Assembly (NCBI GenBank): GCA_964014485.1 | Contig: CAXHAT010000002.1 | Location: 32,001-96,000 of the forward strand | DNA from: an uncultured Deferribacteres bacterium | GTDB lineage: Bacteria > Zhuqueibacterota > Zhuqueibacteria > Zhuqueibacterales > Geothermadaptataceae | Reading direction: 5' to 3' | Length of the DNA: 64,000 nt | Shown: piece by piece, positions 38,378 to 47,872 of the stretch | Layout: the number at the start of each line of letters is the position of its first letter | How positions within the stretch are numbered: the stretch's first letter is position 1 | Program-made: the position numbers and the translations under genes | Notes under the pieces: generated by a model | Databases searched by the model: none | Told to the model about the DNA's origin: nothing | The model's input: the letters and a program-made list of their open reading frames with translations, nothing else

Positions 38378-39637
38378 ATGAAAAAGAATTCAATTGTTTT
38401 GATTGCCGCGCTGCTGTTTGCCGCGGCGACGGTTAATGCCGGGGATAAAGTTTTAAAGCTCACTTCAAGTTCACAAGAAGCGGTTGAAACGCTGGCTGAA
38501 GCTACGAACGCACTTGAAAATTTACGTTTTGGACAGATCGGTCAATTGTCAGCAAAAGCGCTTGAGCTTGACCCCGATTTTGCATTTGCGCTCATGTATC
38601 AATCGGTGACGCTGCCGCAAAATCAAGCGGACTCGCTGCTGAATCTCGCGCTCTCAAAGAACATTTCGGAAGACGAGAAAACCTATATCGAAGCGGTTCA
38701 ACTCAATCGCCAAGGCAACACGGCGGAGGCTGCCGAGATGATGGACGGGCTGGCGATGAAATATCCCGACGACCGCCGTATCATCATGTTTACCGCCGCT
38801 TTGAACACAGGCGCCGGAAATTTTGAGAAAGCGAGCAAAGGATTTCGGAAAGCGATTGAGATGGACGACAGCACGCCGCGCGTTCATCAGTCAATTGCAA
38901 ATGTTTACGTCATGCTCGAAGAGTACGCGCTGGCTCGCAAGGGCTTGAAATCAGCCATTAAAATGCTCGACCGCGACACTGCGTCGCCGGGCCTGTTTCT
39001 GCCGATTTCCTGGACATATTTGTACGAAGGTAAAACCGATCAGGCGCTTGCCGTTGTTGATGAAATGAGACGGCGCTACAACCGCGACGGCTCCGCGCAA
39101 GGCTTCCCGCCGGTTTGGATTTGGAATCACACGGCGCGCATCAATTTGGAAAACGGGCGGCTTCAGGAAGCGCTGCAAGATTACGAGACCGGTTACAAAT
39201 CTGTTCCCGCGAGCCAGATCAATGACGTTCAAAAAAGAGTCTGGGAACAGCGAGCATTGCACGGCAAAGCGCGTACGTTAGCAAAGATGGGCCGAATCGA
39301 CGAAGCTTGGGAAATGGCTGAGACGATGAAAAAACTTCTAGACGAGGAAGGCACCGATCAGCAAAAACAACAGTTTGAGCCTGCCTGGCACTATCTCGCC
39401 GGTTATATCAAGCTCGAAGCTAAAGAATATGAGAAGGCCGTTGACCATCTCAAACAGGCGACAAATACTGATCCCTTCCACACGCTTTTGCTTGGTCGCG
39501 CGTATGAAGGCGCCGGCGATCTTGTCAACGCCAAGGCGGCTTATGAAAAAGTCGCTGCTTCAACGACCAACAACATCGAGCGGGCGCTCTCTTACCCTGA
39601 AGCGCGGAAAAAACTCGCTTTGCTGTCGACGAATTAG
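38378..39637 (+). CDS. Exported TPR protein, paralog B
   Basis: Signal peptide (..VNA/GD), LTSSSQEA and KALELDPDFA; shares long motifs with paralog A. Confidence 0.88.
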   Translation: MKKNSIVLIAALLFAAATVNAGDKVLKLTSSSQEAVETLAEATNALENLRFGQIGQLSAKALELDPDFAFALMYQSVTLPQNQADSLLNLALSKNISEDEKTYIEAVQLNRQGNTAEAAEMMDGLAMKYPDDRRIIMFTAALNTGAGNFEKASKGFRKAIEMDDSTPRVHQSIANVYVMLEEYALARKGLKSAIKMLDRDTASPGLFLPISWTYLYEGKTDQALAVVDEMRRRYNRDGSAQGFPPVWIWNHTARINLENGRLQEALQDYETGYKSVPASQINDVQKRVWEQRALHGKARTLAKMGRIDEAWEMAETMKKLLDEEGTDQQKQQFEPAWHYLAGYIKLEAKEYEKAVDHLKQATNTDPFHTLLLGRAYEGAGDLVNAKAAYEKVAASTTNNIERALSYPEARKKLALLSTN

Positions 39638-39655
39638 TATTATCCGCAATCCTGA

Positions 39656-39796
39656 CGAGACTGCCGAAAAAACCCCCGGCTTGTCATTCTGTAAGAATCT
39701 TTGTTATCGCCCGGTACAGATTACGCTCAAAAGTTCAAGGGTTAGATCAAAAAAGATGCTTCCAGCATGACAATTTTGGGTTTTTCGACAGTCTCG
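39656..39796. repeat. Long imperfect palindrome (GTCAT...ATGAC-type element)
   Basis: CGAGACTGCCGAAAAAACCC / GGGTTTTTCGACAGTCTCG and inner TTGTCATTCTG..AGAATCT / AGATGCTT..CAGCATGACAA. Confidence 0.75.
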
Positions 39797-39858
39797 ACAA
39801 GGTTCTCAACCCTGTCAGGTTATCTGGTATATTTGGGAGCGACTTTGGAGAGAAAATC

Positions 39859-40233
39859 ATGGCGAAAAAAGTGATGCGGTCTTACGAGATGATCCCCGAC
39901 CGCTTTAAAATGAAATATTTTACGTTCTACCAGGAGTTGTACAACCCGAGGACGAGCGTAATCAGCATGAAAGACAAGGAGCTGATTTCTATCGCCGCTT
40001 CGTTGGCGGCGGAGTGCAAAGGCTGCTTGAAGGGACATATTAAAAAGGCCGTCAAATTTGGCGCAACGCGAGAAGAGATCGGCGAAGCCATTGCCATCGC
40101 CATCGGCGTCAACGCTACTTCGATTGTCGAGCAAACCGATCACGCCAATTGGGAAGAGAATCTTGTTGAAAAGCTTTGGGGCAAGAACGCGGGCGTTGAA
40201 AAAGAGGAAGAAGTCGTCGAGGCGGCCGCCTGA
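39859..40233 (+). CDS. Carboxymuconolactone decarboxylase/AhpD-like protein, paralog B (CxxC)
   Basis: KDKELISIAASLAAECKGCLKGHIKKAVKFGATREEIGEAIAIA. Confidence 0.88.
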   Translation: MAKKVMRSYEMIPDRFKMKYFTFYQELYNPRTSVISMKDKELISIAASLAAECKGCLKGHIKKAVKFGATREEIGEAIAIAIGVNATSIVEQTDHANWEENLVEKLWGKNAGVEKEEEVVEAAA

Positions 40234-40244
40234 CTTTGTCATTT

Positions 40245-40300
40245 ATTGTCATTTGCTTCGCGACATTTTTAATGGCTAATGACATGAAGCAAATGACAAT
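40245..40300. repeat. Intergenic perfect 15-bp inverted repeat built from AAATGAC units
   Basis: ATTGTCATTTGCTTC (40245-40259) / GAAGCAAATGACAAT (40286-40300), with further TGTCATTT/AAATGAC units nearby. Confidence 0.7.
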
Positions 40301-40351
40301 TTATTGACTCCAAATGACGTTTTTTACTGGGGTTAAAAATAAAATCGAATC

Positions 40352-41638
40352 GTGAGCACGCAATCCAAATCCTATTCACTGCCGTGGTTAATGGGCCTTT
40401 TGTTGGCCCTTTTTTTTGTCGGCAATCTTGACGTTCAAATCATCTCGCCGATCCTGCCCTTGTTCGAGGCGGATTTCGGCGTCAGCACCATTCTCGCCGG
40501 GATGGTCGTGACCAGCTACGCGATCAGCGGCGCGATTTGGGCGTTGATCATCGGGCCGTTGTCGGATCGTTTTGGCCGCATCGTTTTTCTCAGAGCAGCG
40601 GCGGTCTGCTTCGCTATTGCGGCAGCAACGGCTTTTTTCGCGGCGGAATTTCAGTTTTATATTATTGCGAGAATTCTGGCCGGATTGGCGGGCGGTACAT
40701 TTTCGACTTGTATTATCGCACTGATCGCGGATATTTTTCCCTATGAAAAACGCGGGCGCGCGATGGGGCTGGTTGGCGCCATTTATTCTTTGGCGGCAGT
40801 CGTCGGCGTACCTCTGGGTGCGATTGTCGCGAGCAATTACGGCTGGCGTCCGATCTATATTTTTCTTGGCGGAACCGCATTGCTGATTGCTCTTTTTCTG
40901 AAACGGAACATACGAATCAAGCCCCCTGAAAGCGTACGCTCTGCTGATGATCAAAAAATGTCCGAGTCGAACCGAAACGGCAGACTCGTACAGGCTGTGA
41001 AGGGACAGATCCTCGATTACGGTCGATTTTGGGTCAATCGCAAAACGCGCAACGGTCTCTTGCTCGCGTTCGCGGGTTCATCAACTTCCACGAGCCTGAT
41101 GACATTTCTCGGCAAATGGCTCTCCGCCGATTTTGGCTTGACCGGCGGATCGCTGGCGCTGGTTTTTCTCGCCGCGGGGGTTTCTACAGTAATCGGCTCT
41201 TTGCTCGGCGGATTTTTGTCTGACAAAATCGGCAAGAAGCAACTCATCCTGGTTGCCAGCCTGCTCATCGTCGCAATCATGTCGACGACCAGTTTTATCG
41301 GAAGCTATACCGGCGTGGTCGCTTTTTGCATCGGCGGGGGCTTGGCCATTGCACTGCGCGAAGGGCCGTATCAAGCGTTGATCACGGAATTGGTTGCAAG
41401 CCGCGAGCGCGGCGCTTATATTGCCGTCCGAAGTACAGCCGCGAAGCTTGCCATCGCCGGTGCGGCTGCATTCTCCGGTCTGCTTTTTGAGTTGAGCGGA
41501 TATGCGGCGGTCACGGCCTTTTCCGGTGCTTGCAGTTTGTGGGCGGCGTACCTCGTTCGTTTCGCCATTCAGCCGGTTGCCGCAGCCAAAGATTCCACAC
41601 CCGTTGGCGATGAGATCGCAGTTGAAAACAACGCCTGA
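40352..41638 (+). CDS. MFS transporter
   Basis: About 12 TM; motif A GPLSDRFGR and GFLSDKIGKK; EKRGRAMG. Confidence 0.92.
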   Translation: MSTQSKSYSLPWLMGLLLALFFVGNLDVQIISPILPLFEADFGVSTILAGMVVTSYAISGAIWALIIGPLSDRFGRIVFLRAAAVCFAIAAATAFFAAEFQFYIIARILAGLAGGTFSTCIIALIADIFPYEKRGRAMGLVGAIYSLAAVVGVPLGAIVASNYGWRPIYIFLGGTALLIALFLKRNIRIKPPESVRSADDQKMSESNRNGRLVQAVKGQILDYGRFWVNRKTRNGLLLAFAGSSTSTSLMTFLGKWLSADFGLTGGSLALVFLAAGVSTVIGSLLGGFLSDKIGKKQLILVASLLIVAIMSTTSFIGSYTGVVAFCIGGGLAIALREGPYQALITELVASRERGAYIAVRSTAAKLAIAGAAAFSGLLFELSGYAAVTAFSGACSLWAAYLVRFAIQPVAAAKDSTPVGDEIAVENNA

Positions 41639-41650
41639 TTTAAAAGTTTC

Positions 41651-42613
41651 GTGGAAAAAAAGCCTGTTAAATCCCGCCTGTGGAAGTGGATCAGACGTAT
41701 CGTTCTGACCCTGATCGTCCTCATTGTTCTCCTCATTTATGTTGTTCTTCCCTGGTTCGCGACAGGGTTCATCACGCAGTCTGGCACTCGCCCCGGAGAA
41801 CGCGATTTTACGTTCACGCCAATGGATTCCGGCGGCGTCGCTTTCGAAGACGTTGTTTTCCGCGCGGCTGATCCTGAAGTTCACAACAATGAATCAATCG
41901 CTCCGGATATTTCCGCCTGGTATCTGCCGCATGACAGCGCCAAAGCCGTGATCATCTATTCTCACGGTCTTTTTCGCTCCCGCCGCGAGGTTCTAAATCT
42001 GGCCTGCACGCTTTGGGAACAAGGATTTGCGGGATTGATTCTGGATTTGCGCGGTCATGGCGAGAGCCCGGCGGATTTGACCAGCATGGGCTATCTGGAA
42101 CGATACGACATTGTCGGCGCCTCGAAATTCCTGCGTGAAGACTTAACGCCGGATTTGCCGATTATCGCTTACGGCGTTTCCATGGGCGGCGCCGCGACGC
42201 TTTTGGCGACCTCGGAGAGCAATGAAATCGACATGACGATCGTTGACAGCAGCTTTCTTTCGTTCGAGCATACGATACGCCATCACGCGAAATTTCTCCC
42301 CTACATTCCATCCTGGCCGATTGCGACTTTGGTTATCAATATCGCCGAGAGCCGGATTGGCTTTGACCGCGATGATTTTGATCTGCGCAAAACCGTCGCC
42401 CAAATCGATGAAAAACCGATTCTGTTCATTGCCGCCGAACGAGATCAGAGAATGCCGATTGAAGTCGCGCAAACTCTCCACGACGCTGCGCTGACGCTGC
42501 ACAAATCGCTCGTCATCATCCCCGACGCCACGCACGGACGCGGCTTCCGCACCCACCCTAATCTTTACATTGAAAATATTCTGAATTTCGTTGATGAGCA
42601 TTTGCACCACTAA
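41651..42613 (+). CDS. Membrane-anchored alpha/beta hydrolase
   Basis: N-terminal TM, YSHG, DLRGHGES, nucleophile GVSMGG, D (ERDQ) and H (ATHG). Confidence 0.9.
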   Translation: MEKKPVKSRLWKWIRRIVLTLIVLIVLLIYVVLPWFATGFITQSGTRPGERDFTFTPMDSGGVAFEDVVFRAADPEVHNNESIAPDISAWYLPHDSAKAVIIYSHGLFRSRREVLNLACTLWEQGFAGLILDLRGHGESPADLTSMGYLERYDIVGASKFLREDLTPDLPIIAYGVSMGGAATLLATSESNEIDMTIVDSSFLSFEHTIRHHAKFLPYIPSWPIATLVINIAESRIGFDRDDFDLRKTVAQIDEKPILFIAAERDQRMPIEVAQTLHDAALTLHKSLVIIPDATHGRGFRTHPNLYIENILNFVDEHLHH

Positions 42614-42741
42614 ACAATAAATTTTGCACTGATTTGGAGCAAAGCTCAAGCCTCCCGCCATCTAATGCCTATGGTCTGTTAGCCCAATATAAACGCTTTT
42701 CAATTAAAGAGATAGCGCCCGTTTCAAACAAGCAATGCCGC

Positions 42742-42770
42742 TTGACAGCAAGGAAATCTTTTGCTATCTT
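42742..42770 (+). promoter_or_regulatory. sigma70-type promoter
   Basis: TTGACA-N17-TATCTT with TG extended -10, about 50 bp upstream of the aminotransferase gene. Confidence 0.6.
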
Positions 42771-42822
42771 GCTCGCCTGCCATGTGACAATGTACTGATT
42801 TTAGTGAGGATTAGGAGGGTAA

Positions 42823-43986
42823 ATGCGTTTCGCGAATAGAATGAACCGTTTGGGGACAGAGACCGCCTTCGAAGTTCTGGCCAAAGCCAAAGCGCTCGAA
42901 GCGAAGGGTAAGAATGTTATTCATCTTGAAATTGGGGAGCCTGATTTTGATACGCCTGCGAATATCGTTGAAGCCGGCGTCCGGGCATTGCAGAGTGGGC
43001 GAACACATTATACACCTGCTGCAGGCATTCCCGAACTCAGAAGCGCGATTGCTAAAGACGTCATGACGCGGCGCGGAGTTGAGATTTCTCCAGACGAAAT
43101 CGCCGTTACGCCAGGCGCTAAACCGATCATGTATTATGTGATTACGGCGCTTGTAGGCCCGGGCGATGAAGTGATTTACCCGAATCCCGGCTTCCCGATT
43201 TATGAATCCGTCATTGAATTTGTTGGCGGCAAGGCCGTTCCGCTGCCGCTGAAGGAAGAGCGCGGATTCAGCTTCGACATCGCCGACCTTGAAGCGAGCG
43301 TGACGGACAAAACACGATTGATCATCATTAACACCCCGGCGAATCCTACCGGCGGCATACTTTCCCGCGCCGACGTGCAAGCAATTGCCAAAATCGCTCG
43401 TGAACGAAATATCCCCGTCCTTTCAGACGAAGTTTATAAAAATATCATCTACGACGGAGAACATGTCAGCATCATGGCCGAACCTGGAATGCGCGATTTG
43501 ACCATTTTGCTCGACGGCTTTTCCAAGACTTACTCGATGACGGGATGGCGTTTGGGCTTCGGCGTCATGCAGAAAGACTTAGCCGCGGCGGTAGCGAAGC
43601 TTATGGTAAACAGCAACTCTTGCACGGCAACCTTCACGCAGGATGCGGGCGTCGAAGCCCTGCTTGGCCCGCAAGATGAGCCTGCCAAAATGGTGGAAGA
43701 ATTTCGTAAGCGGCGCGATTTTGTTGTTAAAGGCTTGAACGAGTTGCCGGGCGTGAGCTGCATTGTGCCAAAAGGCGCTTTCTATGTTTTTCCGAATGTC
43801 AGCGAGGTTCCCATGGAGAGCAAAAAGCTGGCGGATTACATTTTGAATGAGGCCAATGTTGCGGTGCTTTCCGGCACGGCCTTTGGCGAGTATGGCAAAG
43901 GTTATCTGCGACTGAGTTATGCGAACAGCATCGCCAATATTGAAGAAGGCCTGAACCGAATTTACAAAGCGTTGAAACAAATCTAG
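42823..43986 (+). CDS. PLP-dependent class I/II aminotransferase (aspartate aminotransferase-like)
   Basis: IGEPDFDTP, NTPANPTG, SDEVY, GFSKTYSMTGWRLG, GAFYVFP and YLRLSYA. Confidence 0.93.
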   Translation: MRFANRMNRLGTETAFEVLAKAKALEAKGKNVIHLEIGEPDFDTPANIVEAGVRALQSGRTHYTPAAGIPELRSAIAKDVMTRRGVEISPDEIAVTPGAKPIMYYVITALVGPGDEVIYPNPGFPIYESVIEFVGGKAVPLPLKEERGFSFDIADLEASVTDKTRLIIINTPANPTGGILSRADVQAIAKIARERNIPVLSDEVYKNIIYDGEHVSIMAEPGMRDLTILLDGFSKTYSMTGWRLGFGVMQKDLAAAVAKLMVNSNSCTATFTQDAGVEALLGPQDEPAKMVEEFRKRRDFVVKGLNELPGVSCIVPKGAFYVFPNVSEVPMESKKLADYILNEANVAVLSGTAFGEYGKGYLRLSYANSIANIEEGLNRIYKALKQI

Positions 43987-44034
43987 CCATAACCACGCTC
44001 ATTCAAACCCATAAATACAAAATCAGGAAAATAC

Positions 44035-45123
44035 ATGGAGCCGAAGAAAACGCCGCTTTATGATCGCCATGTAGCGGCGGGCGCCAGAATGGTCGATTTC
44101 GCCGGATATTTGATGCCGGTTCAATACAAAGGAATTATTGAAGAGCATCGAGCGGTACGTGAATCGGTAGGATTGTTCGACGTTTCTCACATGGGCGAAT
44201 TTACCGTTCGCGGCGAGGGAGCGCTTGATTTCCTGCAAAAAATCACCATCAATGACGTCAGTAAATTGCAAGTCAATCAAGCGCAATACACCGCGATGTG
44301 CTACGAAGACGGCGGCATTGTAGATGATTTGATCGTTTATCGCCAAAGCGACCACTACTTGATGATCGTCAACGCAGGGAATCTTGAAAAAGATTGGGCT
44401 TGGGCTCAGAAATACGCCGGTGATGGTGTAGAACTGCAGAATGAGAGCGATGCAACGGCTTTGATGGCTTTGCAAGGCCGCAACGCCGAGGCTGTTCTGC
44501 AATCTTTAACACAAACTGAACTTGGCGCGGTTAAGTTCTACTGGTTTGCGAACGGCCAGGTCTCTGGAGTTCCGGCCATGATTGCGCGCACTGGTTACAC
44601 TGGCGAGGCGGGTTTCGAAATAGCCGTTGCTGCGAATGAAGCTCCGAAAGTTTGGGACGCTGTTTTAGAAGCCGGGGAGAAATTCGGCATTCAACCGATT
44701 GGGCTGGGTGCGCGCGACACACTCCGGATGGAAATGAAATACTGCCTCTATGGCAATGACATCGATCAAACCACGAATCCCATCGAAGCCGGGCTTGGTT
44801 GGATTACGAAGTTGGACAAAGGCGATTTTCTTGGCTCCGCCGCCATTTCCCGAGCCAAAGAAAGCGGCCTGGAGCGCAAATTGGTTGGCATGACCATCGA
44901 AGGCCGCAACATCGGGCGGCATGGTTATCCGATTTTGCATGAAGGCGAACAGGTCGGGGAAATCACTTCCGGAACATTCTCCCTTAGTCTTGAAAAGTCG
45001 ATCGCGATTGGCTATGTTCGCACCGATTTGGCTAAAGTCGGCGCCGAACTTGACGTCCAAATTCGGAAGCGAACTGCGCGAGCGACCGTCATCAAAACGC
45101 CTTTTTATCAGAGACCTTACTGA
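44035..45123 (+). CDS. gcvT: Glycine cleavage system aminomethyltransferase T
   Basis: KTPLY..H, GLFDVSHMGE, DDLIVY, ARTGYTGEAGFE and GLGARDTLRME. Confidence 0.96.
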   Translation: MEPKKTPLYDRHVAAGARMVDFAGYLMPVQYKGIIEEHRAVRESVGLFDVSHMGEFTVRGEGALDFLQKITINDVSKLQVNQAQYTAMCYEDGGIVDDLIVYRQSDHYLMIVNAGNLEKDWAWAQKYAGDGVELQNESDATALMALQGRNAEAVLQSLTQTELGAVKFYWFANGQVSGVPAMIARTGYTGEAGFEIAVAANEAPKVWDAVLEAGEKFGIQPIGLGARDTLRMEMKYCLYGNDIDQTTNPIEAGLGWITKLDKGDFLGSAAISRAKESGLERKLVGMTIEGRNIGRHGYPILHEGEQVGEITSGTFSLSLEKSIAIGYVRTDLAKVGAELDVQIRKRTARATVIKTPFYQRPY

Positions 45124-45133
45124 GAGATTTACT

Positions 45134-47806
45134 ATGGCTTCCAAAAAGGCCGAGCAAGACCCGGGATTGCGTCAGCAGGAGGAAATCTTCGGAATACTCC
45201 TGATGACCTTGGCGTCGCTTGTGTTGATAAGCCTGCTTTCATACGATCCGTCCGAAGAGCCGATGGGGCTGGAGTTTACGCCGGTCAAAAATGCGATGGG
45301 CGTGGTCGGCGTATACATTTCTCACTATTTGATAAAATTTTTTATTGGCTATTCTTCCATTATCATTCCGTTTTTGCTTTTGGCGTGGGGATGGAATCGA
45401 TTTCGCGGCAATGACCCCGGCGGTTTGGCGCGCGGCTCATTTTATAGCCTCGGGATCGCTATCTACATTTCAATGCTGCTCGGATTGCCGGAAGCGTCCA
45501 ACCCTGAAGGCGCGCAGTTCGGTTTTGATTTTTCCGGCTTGGTTGGCGGATTCCTGGCGACGATGGTTTACAGTCTTTTTGGCCGCGTCGGCAGCATCAT
45601 CGTTTCAATTTCGATTGCGCTCATCTTTTTTGTGGCTGCAACGCAAATTAGCTTTGCACAAATGGTCGCCATTGGTCTCAAAGTCGTTGACGACGCTGTG
45701 GGCGCGATAAAAAAGCAGATTGCCAATTTCAAATTGCCGCCCATGCCGAAATTTGAACGCCCGGTTCGGCAATCCGATGACGTGGAAAAGAAGCCGGAAA
45801 GGATGGTCCGCCCTCAGTTGCAACCACAGAGTCCGAGAAATGAACCTCGTCGTGAGCCTCTGATATCGCAACCTCAGGAAAAAGAGCGTCGGCAACCGCC
45901 GAGAGCCGTGCCAAACTATAAGAAAATTCATGAGTTAAGCCGGCAAGAGTCAACGGAGATTCCAGCACAGCCGCAGCAGCCGCGAAACCTGGAACGTCCT
46001 CAAAAATCTCCTTCGACACCCCCTGTCTTTGAGCGCCAATCTCTCGAAGAACCTGAAGTTTCTCCTCAAAAACAGCGGCCAGAGCCGCAACTTAGGAGCC
46101 CGGAGCCGACGGGACGAAAGCCGGGAAATTTGGCCGATTCACAGCCCGCCGATCCGCCGTTTGACGCTCAACCTCAGCGCGAAACGCCTTCAACGCCGCA
46201 ACCGGCGCCGTTCGATGCTCCGCCGCCTTTAGACCATTTTGATCAAGTTACGGTTACGGAGCGTGAAGACGTTGAGGAAGTTAAAACGGACGCCGAGTTG
46301 CCGAATCCGGTCGCGCTTGGAGATTATGTTTTTCCCGGCCTCGAGTTTCTACATTATCCGGAGTCTCTGGTCAGCGTCACGCCGCAAGAGGAATTGAAGG
46401 AGAATGGCAGAACCCTGGAGCGTCGTTTGGAAGAATTTGGCGTTTCAGGACAAATCGTCGCCATAAATCCGGGGCCTGTGATTACGCGCTACGAATATGA
46501 GCCGGCGCCCGGCGTCAAGATTAGCCGCATAACCAATCTGTCCGATGATTTGGCGATGGCAATGCGTGCGCAGCGCATCCGAATCGTTGCGCCAATTCCG
46601 GGAAAGGCCGCCGTTGGCATCGAATTGCCGAATCGTGAACCGGATACGGTTTATCTGCGCCAGCTTCTGGATTGCGATGATTTTGAGCAATCGGATTCTC
46701 CGCTGGCGATAGCCTTGGGCAAAACGATCAGCGGTAAGCCGTTTGTCACGAATCTGGACAAAATGCCTCACTTGCTGGTCGCGGGATCCACAGGCTCTGG
46801 AAAAAGCGTTTGCCTGAACGCGATTATTTCGAGCATTCTTTATAAAGCGCACCCGACTGAGGTCAAATTTGTTTTGATCGATCCCAAGCGGCTGGAATTG
46901 AACTTGTACAGCCAATTGATCAATCATCATTTGATTTATCGCGAAGACTTGAACGAAGTTGTCGTCACGAATCCGCAAAACGCGCTTGCCGTGCTGCGCA
47001 GCGTGGAGTACGAGATGGAGCAGCGCTATGATTTGTTTGCCGGCGCGAATGTCCGCAACATCGCGGATTACAATTCTCGCGCTCGTGCGGGCAGAATTAA
47101 AACAGATGACGGTGAGCTTGCCGAGCCGCTGCCTTACATCGTTGTGGTGATCGATGAATTGGCTGACTTGATGCTGATGGCCGCGAAAGAGGTTGAAGAG
47201 CCGATTGCGCGATTGACGCAAATGGCGCGCGCTATTGGTATTCATATGATCGTGGCGACGCAGCGTCCGTCCGTAGATGTTATCACCGGCGTGATCAAGG
47301 CGAATTTCCCGGCGCGGATCGCCTTTGCTGTCGCTTCAAAAACAGACTCTCGAACGATTCTCGACGCCAATGGCGCGGAGAAATTGTTGGGGCGCGGCGA
47401 TATGCTTTACATGCCGCCCGGCTCACCGGAAATTGTGCGGTTGCACGGCGCTTTTATCACCACGGATGAAATCGAGCAAATACTCGAGCATATTCACAGG
47501 CAGCCGCGCTATCCGACCAAGCTTTTGCCGATTCGCGATGAAGAAATTGACGCCAGTTTCGACGTTGGCGACGGACGTTCTGAGAGAGACGCTTTATTTA
47601 ACGAAGCCGTGAAACTCATTGTCCGACACCAACAAGGCTCAATTTCGCTTTTGCAGCGCCGATTAAAAGTCGGGTACGCCAGAGCCGCCAGATTGATCGA
47701 CGAACTGGAAGCTGCAGGCATCGTCGGCGGCTTCGACGGCAGCAAAGCGCGGGAAGTTCTGGTTGGCGAAGATTTTCTGGAAGTGACGGATTTGGACGAG
47801 ATCTGA
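45134..47806 (+). CDS. ftsK: DNA translocase FtsK
   Basis: N-terminal TM domain, P/Q-rich linker, PHLLVAGSTGSGKS, IDELADLM, ATQRPSVDVITG, gamma domain SLLQRRLKVGYARAARLID. The start was set to the ATG at 45134, after the gcvT stop. Confidence 0.96.
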   Translation: MASKKAEQDPGLRQQEEIFGILLMTLASLVLISLLSYDPSEEPMGLEFTPVKNAMGVVGVYISHYLIKFFIGYSSIIIPFLLLAWGWNRFRGNDPGGLARGSFYSLGIAIYISMLLGLPEASNPEGAQFGFDFSGLVGGFLATMVYSLFGRVGSIIVSISIALIFFVAATQISFAQMVAIGLKVVDDAVGAIKKQIANFKLPPMPKFERPVRQSDDVEKKPERMVRPQLQPQSPRNEPRREPLISQPQEKERRQPPRAVPNYKKIHELSRQESTEIPAQPQQPRNLERPQKSPSTPPVFERQSLEEPEVSPQKQRPEPQLRSPEPTGRKPGNLADSQPADPPFDAQPQRETPSTPQPAPFDAPPPLDHFDQVTVTEREDVEEVKTDAELPNPVALGDYVFPGLEFLHYPESLVSVTPQEELKENGRTLERRLEEFGVSGQIVAINPGPVITRYEYEPAPGVKISRITNLSDDLAMAMRAQRIRIVAPIPGKAAVGIELPNREPDTVYLRQLLDCDDFEQSDSPLAIALGKTISGKPFVTNLDKMPHLLVAGSTGSGKSVCLNAIISSILYKAHPTEVKFVLIDPKRLELNLYSQLINHHLIYREDLNEVVVTNPQNALAVLRSVEYEMEQRYDLFAGANVRNIADYNSRARAGRIKTDDGELAEPLPYIVVVIDELADLMLMAAKEVEEPIARLTQMARAIGIHMIVATQRPSVDVITGVIKANFPARIAFAVASKTDSRTILDANGAEKLLGRGDMLYMPPGSPEIVRLHGAFITTDEIEQILEHIHRQPRYPTKLLPIRDEEIDASFDVGDGRSERDALFNEAVKLIVRHQQGSISLLQRRLKVGYARAARLIDELEAAGIVGGFDGSKAREVLVGEDFLEVTDLDEI

Positions 47807-47872
47807 AACACTCTGCTGACCTCGGTCGTCTTAATGGCGCAATCTCAATGGAAAGCGGTTTTAGGAGTAAAC

